DNA from: Octopus vulgaris | Taxonomy: Eukaryota | DNA: 64,000 bases | Direction: 5' to 3' | Assembly (NCBI GenBank): GCA_951406725.2 | Contig: OX597823.1 | Location: 46,872,001-46,936,000, forward strand | In this document: positions 54,504 to 64,000 of the stretch, in pieces | How the letters are laid out: every line of letters begins with the position of its first letter | Position numbering within the stretch: the stretch's first letter is position 1 | Notes under the pieces: model-generated | What the model was told of the DNA's origin: nothing | The model's input: only the letters and a program-made list of their open reading frames with translations | Database searches by the model: none | Made by a program: the position numbers and the translations under genes

Positions 54504-54846
54504 CACTGGATCCCAAACTTTTTCGGGCTGCGGCCCCCCTGATACCTAGTCCACTTTCCTAGCGGCCTCACCCCAACTAACCATCACATACATCGGCCTC
54601 TTTCTGAAACAAATTCAAAGCAACTGTATTTCACAAATAAAACTCAACCTAACGAACCCATTATTTTGCTGTTTTTACACGGATCTCTACCCCATTATCG
54701 CCCCACTTTTTACATGAATCTCTACCCCATTATAGCCCCACTTCTTACATGAATCTCTACCCCATTATCACTCCACTTTTCTTCAACGTCCCCTTGGAAA
54801 TTTCCAACGTTCCAAGGGGCAGTACCGCCCACTTTGAGAACCACTG
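54504..54846. mobile_element. hAT-type MITE with an internal triple tandem repeat of about 35 bp
   Basis: Termini cactggatcccaaac ... tttgagaaccactg; atctctaccccattat.. three times. Confidence 0.65.
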
Positions 54847-55329
54847 CACATAGAGAGTTCCGATGGCGTTACCGCGTTGAATGGTGAGTGCTCTCCACAC
54901 AATAGACAGACACTTAACTGTTGTCTTCGGTGCAAATAAAAGTCCTTGGTATATTTTAGTATACACGAAAATGTGATCTTTCTCCTTGCAAATGTTTGAA
55001 TAAAATCTACAGATAAAGAGACAAATGATCTTGGCCTATCATAATTTTTCCAATTCACATGCTTTTTTCCGCACGAATCTGGCATTGTCACCCCCTCCCC
55101 CGTTTCATCACCATTATCAACGTCGTCGTCGCCGTCGTCATCGTCGTCGTCGTCGTCAATAGGGCCGTGGCTGCTCAGGAATGAAGCCAATAAAAAGAAA
55201 GGCTACCTAAGTCCAATGAATTCTTCTCCCTCAGTATATAACTGGTACCATAGGAAAAAACGAAAAGTAAGCATCAAATATCAAGTGTTATCACGTATTT
55301 GGAGCTGTGATATGTGTTCAACCATAACA

Positions 55330-55549
55330 ATGGTGGAGATGGGAGTGCTGGTGGAAGTGGTGGTGCGGAGGCGGCGGAGGCGGCGGCAGTGGTGGCGGTG
55401 GTGGTGGTGGTGGTGTTACTGATGCCGGAGCTGGTATTGGCCAAGATAAAAACGGGAAAGCTTGAAAAAGACATTGCAAAAATATTATAATATCGATGTG
55501 AATGATGATGGCGTGGCTCCTGATGTCTACAACGGCTCGTTTCTTTCAC

Positions 55550-55597
<48 letters not shown>

Positions 55598-55770
55598 TAT
55601 CATCACTTTCATTATCATCATCATCATCGTCGCCATCATTCTCATCGCTATCGTCATCATCAACATCATCATCATCAGCATCATCACCATCATCATCATC
55701 ATCATCATCACCATCTTCATCGTCGTCGATGACAACATCATTATCCTTATTATTACAATCATATCATCAT
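55330..55770. repeat. (GGT/GGC)n and (CAT)n trinucleotide tracts
   Basis: Direct reading. Confidence 0.9.
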
Positions 55771-56108
55771 CTTTCAAAATTTGCTGAATAGGAAGAAGAA
55801 AAAGATTAAATATGATTTATAATTCATACGCTGCGTATTTGCTTTTTAAAGCAGAAATAAAGTCAAAGGATACAAACCGATTTTCGTTTTTTTCACTCTT
55901 CTTTTCCAATGTCCGCGGTATTAGTTTTGTCTAAATATACGAGTATGCCTATCTATGTAAGTGCGTGTGTATGTGTACATTGGTTTCTCTGTGTATATAT
56001 ATAAAGCAGTTATAAACAGAACTGGACGATTTTGGCTTCAAATGTCATCCTCTCTGCATACGCACATAACCATATGAATACATATATATAATAATGTATA
56101 TGCATGTG

Positions 56109-56147
<39 letters not shown>

Positions 56148-57192
56148 GCACATGCATATGTATTATTATATATGTATGTATTTATATGGTTATGTGCGTA
56201 TGCCAAAATCGTCCAGTATATATATATATATATATATACATACACATACACAAACACATATATACATATACACATATATATACATACACACACACACATA
56301 TACATATATACACACGAATATATATATATATGTTTGTAGGTATGTATGTATGTATACGTATATATGTATATATGTATATATGTGTGTATAGTCAGTCCAT
56401 AAAAAAAATAGCAATAGAAGTGAAATAAAACAAATAGATTCGTTTACGTGAATTATTCAGCACTATCGATCTGCGATAAATGTTAAAAACGGCCGCTTCA
56501 GAAATTTATTTTTATTCTACATGATGTCGGCAGAATTGCAGATATTTCTAAGAGTCTCTGTGCTTGATCAAAACGTTCTGGTTCTTGTATTTTTTTTTGT
56601 GTTTTGGTTTTGTTTTATGATTTTTTTTCTTCCTATTTTAATATAAGACTAGTTGTCAAGAATTTCATATGCGATTTCGAAGATAGAGTTACTAGATGAA
56701 ATTTCCCTTTTGTTTTTCTTTTTAAAACTTGATGCTTTTGTAATTGCGAAAAAAAAAGAAAGAAAGAAAAAAGGACCTTTGAGGCATCGATGCAATGGTG
56801 TGACAAAACCTCTCCGACGAGGTTGAGGTAGAAGACAAATTATTGTTGTTACATTCAACCAATTATTTGCTGAAACAAGTGTGCTCGAGGTCACTTTGTA
56901 GAATTGTAAAATATCTAAAAATAGCAAAAACTAGATAAGGTCAAGGGAAATCAAAAAAGAAAGTAAAATTAACTGGACTAAATCAGTTCTGAGAACCAAC
57001 GGAAATAGACCCACCGCACCTCAACTTATTGGAAAGATGGGAAAAGAAATTTATACCGTTGGCACACTTCGGTTAATTTAGCATTACTACTGCTACTACT
57101 ACTATTATTATGACTACTGGTGTTATTATGACTATAAGTGGTAGCACTAAAACACCAAAAGTAAAACGAAATGCAGTGAGAATAATAATACT

Positions 57193-57397
57193 ACAGGCAA
57201 AGAGCTTGAAATTTTGAGGGAAGGAACAAATCAATTACGTCGACGCCATTGTTTCACTGACGCTTAGTTTATCGACCCCGAAAGGATAAAAGACAAAGTT
57301 GACCTTGGCCGAATTTGGACCAAGAACGTGAAAACGGACGAAATACGGCTAAGCATTTCGCCCAGCGTGCTAAAGATTTTGCTAATTCACCAGCTTC
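57193..57397 (-). mobile_element. SINE family B, diverged
   Basis: Core ttatcgaccccgaaaggataaaagacaaagttgacc. Confidence 0.8.
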
Positions 57398-57443
<46 letters not shown>

Positions 57444-57447
<4 letters not shown>

Positions 57448-57853
57448 CTCTTTACTCTTTTACTTGTTTCAGTCATTTGACTGTGGCCATGCTTGAGCAC
57501 CGCCTTTAGTCAAGCAAATCGACCCCAGGACTTATTCTTTGTAAGCCTAGTACTTATTCTATCGATCTCTTTTGCCGAACCGCTAGGGTTACTGGGACGT
57601 AAAAGACACCAACCAGCATCGGTTGTCAAGCAATGTTGAGGGGACAGACACACAAACGTATACACACACACACATACATATATACATACATATACATATA
57701 TACGATGGGCTTCGTTCGGTTTCCGTCTACCAATTCCACTCACGAGGCTTTGGTCGGCCCGAGGCTATAGTAGAAGACACTTGCCCAGGGTGCCACGCAG
57801 TGGTTCTGAACCCGGAACCATGTGGTTGGTAAGCAAGCTACTTACCACATAGC
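57444..57853 (-). mobile_element. SINE family A inserted in (AAT)n
   Basis: Near-full copy with (AAT)n on both sides. Confidence 0.9.
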
Positions 57854-57861
57854 CAATGATG

Positions 57862-57922
<61 letters not shown>

Positions 57923-59047
57923 TGATAATAATAATAATAATAATATGAAATGCGGTGGAAAAGGAAAGAAAGGAAAACAAAACCTGTGGTGTCGAAAATA
58001 TGAGCAACAACTTCAGCAACAATATCAACAACCACAAAAACAACACAAATAACAAAAACTGCAAGAAAAGTTTAAAAAAAAACAAAAAAAACACACACAC
58101 ACACACAAGAATGACCTGACAATAGCAATGGTTGCAAAATGTGGAACAATTCAACAAAAACGGAACAAATAATGAAGATGCTGGTGATAACAACAACAAC
58201 CCCGTCGACAAAACAAAAACAAAAACAAAACAATAACTGGCAGCAAGAAAAAATCACACACCAAACAAAAGCTGCCACAGCAGATACAACAATAAAACGT
58301 TAACGATAAGAAAAACAGTAGGTTAATCTATTGGCCATTCAGTAAAAATGTCGGTAATTCAATAGTTGTCCATGTTTGTTTTAAAAAATAATATTGAATT
58401 TATCATATTGACTTTTACATTAAAAGAAATGAACTTATGTTATGGCTTCAGCTTCCGAGCGCCGTCTCTCTCTCTCTCTCCCCCTCTCTCTCTATCTCTC
58501 TATCTCTCTCTCTTTTCCTTTCTCTCTCTCTGTCTTTCTTTCTCTCCCCGACTTTCTCCGGCGCTGCTAATATAACAACATTATTACAGCCGAAAACATT
58601 TCAAGAAAGAAATAGACGCAACGGTGTATTCTTTAGGCCTGATTCCATTATATAACCTTAGCCTTTTATAAAACATTTTTCTCATTCTCTTTCCACCAAC
58701 CTCTCTCTCTCTCTTTCTTTCTCCCATGCAAATACACACACACACACACACACACATACACATACACGCACCTCTCGTTCTCTCCCTCTCGTGTTTTGCG
58801 AACATATGAATAATTACATGGGTTAATTGGAAGATGTTACAAAGGGACTGGCCTACGATTTTGCTTTCCTCGGCTGAACTTTGTCGCATGTCACGAGTTC
58901 ATCATCAGAAGTTAAATATTTGAATTATTCTGATTGCTTTTTACCAACTATTTACTACGCACTAAACATTGGAAAGTTTCCAATGGTTGTTGTGTGAGGA
59001 GTAGGTGAGATCGCTTGACCTCCCCCTTCTCCTCCTCCTCCTCCTTT

Positions 59048-59145
59048 TCTTCTTCTTCTTCTTCTTCTTCTTCTTCTTCTTCTTCTTCTTCTTCTTCTTC
59101 TTCTTCTTCTTCTTCTTCTTCTTCTTCTTCTTCTTCTTCTTCTTC
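59048..59145. repeat. (TTC)n microsatellite
   Basis: Direct reading. Confidence 0.95.
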
Positions 59146-59485
59146 AATCCGTTTCCAAACTCACTCGCACACACACACACACACACACATGCATAAATAT
59201 TTGCATATGTATGTATATGCATACACGTATGTATATATATACATACATATATATGCATTATACATATATATATATGTGTGCGTGTGTATGTGTGTATTTG
59301 TATTTATAGGCATACATTTATACATAAAAACATATATTTATATACGCATACATACACACACTCACGTATGTACGTACGTATGTATGTATGTATGTATGTA
59401 TGTATGTATGTATGTATGTATGTATGTATGTATGTATGTATGTATGTATGTATGTATGTACGTATGTATGTATTATGTATGTATG

Positions 59486-59519
<34 letters not shown>

Positions 59520-59714
59520 TGTATGTATGTATGTATGTATGTATGTATGTATACACTAACATGCTCACACACCACGCAATTTAATATAATACAAATGTAC
59601 AGTAAAAATATAAGGTGGAACAAAATTATTTGTCTTTATTCCAAACATTTTAATAATATATTCGATCTAAAATCTTCTATTCACAAACTAATTAGTCAAC
59701 ATATATATTTTTTA

Positions 59715-60354
59715 TCACTTACCTGTTTCAGTCATTAGACTGCGGCCATGCAGGAGCAGCGCCTTGAGTGTTTAGTCGAATGAATCGACCCCAGTACTCT
59801 TTTACTGTTTTCCTTGTTTCAGTCATTTGACTGTGGTCATGCTGGCGCACCGCCTTTTTTAGCCGAGCAAATCGACCCCAAGACTTATTCTTTGTAAGCC
59901 TAGTACTTATTCGATCGGTCTCTTTTGCCGAACCGCTAAGTTACGGCGATGTAAACACACCAGCATCGATTGTCAAGCGATGTTGGGGGGACAAACACAG
60001 ACGCACAAACATATACACACACACATACACGCATATGTATACATATATACGACGGGCTTCTTTCAGTTTCCGTCTACCAAATCCACTCACAAGGCTTTGG
60101 TCGGCCCAAGGCTATAGTAGAAGACACTTGCCCAAGGTAACACGCACTGGGACTGAATCCGGAACCATGTGGTTCGTAAGCAAGCTACTTACCACACAGC
60201 CGTTCCAACAGGATTTCAAAAAATTACTAATGTAATCTTTTGAAATCCTGTTATTTATTTTATCAATCTCTTTTGCCGAACTGCAATGTAACGAGGGCGT
60301 AACCACACCGGTTACCAAGGGGTGGTTGGAGCAAACACAGACACATATATACAC

Positions 60355-60418
<64 letters not shown>

Positions 60419-60562
60419 GATGAGCTTCTTCCGGTTTCCATCTAGCAAATCCAGTACAATGTCTTGGTCGGTCGGAGGCTCTAGGAGAAGACATTTGGCC
60501 AAGGTGTCACGGAACCATGTGGTTGAGAAGCAATATTCTTAGGATGCAGCCATACCTGTGCG
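59715..60562 (-). mobile_element. Nested SINE family A copies (younger 59795-60201 inside an older split copy)
   Basis: Older tail 59715-59795 and older body/head 60255-60562 bracket a near-consensus copy. Confidence 0.8.
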
Positions 60563-61209
60563 TGCATAGACAAACACAAGTATGACCAATATGAGTGAAG
60601 GTAACTCAGAAAAGATCTGAGCATCTTAAATACTCCTATGGTAGTTTCTGTGTAATGCACTGCGTTTTGACGCTATGAGATTTTATCGGAGTGGCCTTTT
60701 GGTAAGAATCTTGCTTTGCATATGCAATATTTAGTGTTAAAACATCTTGCATTAAGTGGGAGTATGGATCATTATGCATTCATGTCTATAACTGGATTAA
60801 CGTGTTGATATTTGGTTTCCACTTATTTCTGAAAGTCAATGGCTCAGGGAGCCTTGCTTTGTAAGTCACTAGTTATCTGCACCAGTTATAGTTACCTTAG
60901 TTTAACTGACGCATTTAAGGACCTTTTACCTGAACCTCTCTCTCTCTCTCCCTCTCTCTTTTTCTTATGTTCGGTTCAACTTGTGAGCTTCGCATTCTCT
61001 CCCTTCACTTTCATTATTACTATTTCATTTGCCACAAAAACAGTGTCATTAGCACAATAACACGCACTGATCGAAATCTATCATACTTTGCTTACCATGC
61101 TTACCATGCTTACCATGAAGGTGTTGAAAATGTATTAAAAGAATAATTGGTATTTGAACCAAATACTTTAGAGTCACCACTCTTGATTTTCAAGATCGTT
61201 GCTCAAGCC

Positions 61210-61544
61210 CAATGGTTCTCAACCATTATTTATCTATGGACCCCTTCAGTTACTATTTTATTCTGATGGATCCCTCCATTGCCATTCAGTGCTTAAAAAC
61301 AAGATTTATAGAGACTTCACTCAAAATTCCTATTCCGTTTTTCACACATTAAGTTGTGTAGGTTGAACTATGCAAAATGTTAGAGAAAGAAACTTAGCCA
61401 TTTCTTGCAATACATACCAAAGCATACATCTAAAGTAAAAAAAAAAATTAGGGGCTCTTCAGATACTTTTGTGGATACCTAATTACATATTTTGTTGCGT
61501 GAAACCCCCAAAAATCCTATATGGTCCCTGGTTGAGAACCACTG
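61210..61544 (+). mobile_element. hAT-type MITE with a perfect 8-bp TSD
   Basis: TIR caatggttctcaacc / ggttgagaaccactg; TSD ctcaagcc at 61202-61209 and 61545-61552. Confidence 0.9.
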
Positions 61545-62191
61545 CTCAAGCCGATTTAATGTTTTCTGGATGTAATTATACGGTATTGTAGATTCTATCA
61601 AAGAAGGCATGTTGCCGTTATAATACTAGAAGGAATAATCCAGTATGCTTATTTATCAACCTGTAATACATATTTATGAGGCAGCATGAAATTTGCTTCT
61701 TTTTATTACTGAGCTTTTAAAGTAATGTAGAGTTTCATGAGATAAGTCTAAATATAATTCCATATGTGTATCTAAAAATTGTAGTTCTTTATTATCTCAT
61801 TGAATGTAACTACATTTATAGACAATGTAATATCGGAACAAATGTCTTAGTTGTTTAACTGTTTCCAAAAAGTCTGTAAATCAGAATATATCAGTCGTGT
61901 ATATGACGCTGATGTCTTTGTTTCTTTTGTTGTTGAATGTGCATGTGGCGAATGGTGGTGAACAGTGGCGAGTGGTGACGAATAATAGCGAACGGTGGCG
62001 AATGGATATGTATTGGTCACAGAGATCAACTTTTAGATATTGTATGGAAATATTTCCTCTGTCGCTCGCTCTTTCACTTTTATATCTGACTAAAATATAA
62101 AATATCTTAATGAAATCCTCTCAGCAGGTAAATCAGCCTCAACCAACTTCATAAAAAAAAAATTGTTTGTAAAGTAACTCGATGTATTTTA

Positions 62192-62600
62192 GAGTGTGAC
62201 TCAGTGGTAAAAAGATTACTTTCCAACTACATGGTTCCGGGTTCAGTCCTGTTACGTGGTACCTTGGGCAATTATCTTCTACAATAGCTTTGGCCCGACC
62301 AATCCTTCTGAGTGGATTTGGTAGTCAGAAACTGAAAGAAGGCCGTCAAATATTCATATATGTGTACTGTGTGCGGGTTTGAATATGTGTCTCTTTTTCT
62401 GTCTGTGTTGACAAGCGGTGTTTGCGTATTCACGTCTCTTTAACTTTGCGGCTTGGTTAAAGAGACCAGTAGAATAAGTTATCAGGCTTAAAAATAACTA
62501 TTTACGGTCGATTCGTTCAACTGAAATTCTTCAAGGAGGTGCTCCAGCATGGCTGCAGTCTAACGACTGAAACAAGTAATCGATTAAGAATTAAAAGATA
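62192..62600 (+). mobile_element. SINE family A, diverged
   Basis: Head, body and tail recognisable. Confidence 0.8.
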
Positions 62601-62954
62601 AAAAGTGGGAGACTGAGAAAATACCTCCATCAGTATTTAAATGTTCTTCTATCTTACCTTTATGCATTCATTTCCCATGTTCAACCTCGCTATAAAAGGA
62701 AACGAGGATATCGTCTTATGAAGCTGAGCGATACACTAGGTTTCGTAGATCTCCACTGATCAATAAGCAGTTTCTCAATCATTCTCTTACGTATCAATAA
62801 AAATGCGCTGCAGAATACAGTAATCTCTGATTTTTCTACGAATGATATAGTGAGATGGTCATGGATGGGATGCCTTCGATCGTAGGTTTGGTAGATCAAA
62901 CTTGATGTTGGGTTAAACGGCAACAGCAGCTACATCTTACGAGCTATATATTGG

Positions 62955-63205
62955 TTTCACTTTTTGGCACAAGGCCAGCAATTTCGGGGTGAGCTAGGTC
63001 GATTATATCGACCCGAGCGCTCAATCAATACTTATTTTATCGATCACGAAAGGATGAAAAGCAAAAGGTGAAAGGATGGAAGGCAAAGTCGCCCAAAGGA
63101 TGAAAGGCAAACTCGCCCAAAGGATGAAAGGCAAAGTCGTCCTTGGCGGAATTTGAACTCAGAACATAAAGACAGACGAAATACCACAAAGCATTTTATC
63201 CAGCG
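62955..63205 (-). mobile_element. SINE family B with an internally amplified core
   Basis: aaggatgaaaggcaaagtcgccca repeated 3-4 times. Confidence 0.8.
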
Positions 63206-63369
63206 CCATACGAGTTATATATTAGCTTACGAGAATTTAGCTGTCTGCTTATGCTATTGAAAAACATATTCATTTCAAAATACAAAACTTATTCTCGTAA
63301 CCTTCATACACATCGAGATACATTCATTTCGTTTTTCAAGCACATACATGATAACATTAGAATTCGGTT

Positions 63370-63578
63370 ACTCTCTTTACTTGTTTCAGTCATTTGACTG
63401 TGGCCATGCTGGAGCACCGCCTTTAGTCGAGCAAATCGACCCCGGGACTTATTCTTTATAAGCCCAGTACTTATTCTATCGGTCTCTTTTGCCGAACCGC
63501 TAAGTTACAGGGACGTAAACACAACAGCATCGGTTGTCAAGCAATGCTAGGGGGACAAACACAGACACACAAACACAT

Positions 63579-63628
<50 letters not shown>

Positions 63629-63791
63629 GACAGGCTTCTTTCAGTTTCCGTCTACCAAATCCACTCACAAGGCATTGGTCGGCCCGGGGCTATAGCAGAA
63701 GAGACTTGCCCAAGATGCCACGCAGTGGGACTGAACCCGGAACCTTGTGGTTGGTTAGGAAGCTACTTACCACACAGCCACTCCTGCGCCT
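63370..63791 (-). mobile_element. SINE family A, full length
   Basis: Near-consensus; the head 17-mer gccactcctgcgcctat is tandemly duplicated just beyond the end. Confidence 0.92.
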
Positions 63792-64000
63792 ATGGCCACT
63801 CCTGCGCCTATTGTTTAAATAATTTTACAAATAATTTTACCAATCAACTTCAACACTTCTAGAGAAATATAATACACAAACGTCTGCTTACTATTCTCAA
63901 GGTGAACATCACAATTCTGACTTCAGTATCACAGTTGTTAACTTTGAGCCAATTTTTTTTTATATATACTATGTTTTCTTGTTTCAGTTCTTAGTTGGCG

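Noticed and set aside
54783-55190. 135-aa minus-strand ORF with an acidic run
   Set aside because: Partly a (GAC)n repeat, runs into a MITE and has no recognisable domain; an exon is not excluded.

Overview
Eukaryotic, AT-rich, microsatellite-dense non-coding DNA. The SINE families and repeat landscape look like an octopus (coleoid cephalopod) genome; this is inferred, not verified. No intact protein-coding gene is supported, and nearly all ORFs in the track are microsatellite or SINE artefacts. The window holds >30 copies of about four tRNA-derived SINE families, several MITEs with TIRs and TSDs, decayed DNA transposons (Chapaev3-like, hATm-like, Charlie-like hAT, mariner) and LINE fragments (RTE, CR1-like). 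The main unexplained signal is a diverse set of about 11 hammerhead ribozyme (HHR) cores or half-cores. Nearly all are the minimal type-I kind with a palindromic helix III (GAAA-CG-UH, GAAA-CGTACG-UC, GAAA-CAATTG-UA, GAAA-CGATCG-UC, GAAA-CATATG-UA). Many sit inside 120-480 bp fold-back elements, some with a one-sided tail, at or near (TA)n-type tracts. This looks like a family of Penelope-like, ribozyme-bearing non-coding inserts. It includes a complete core with a very long helix II (38148-38270) and a compensatory U3-A8 core variant (41991-42048).
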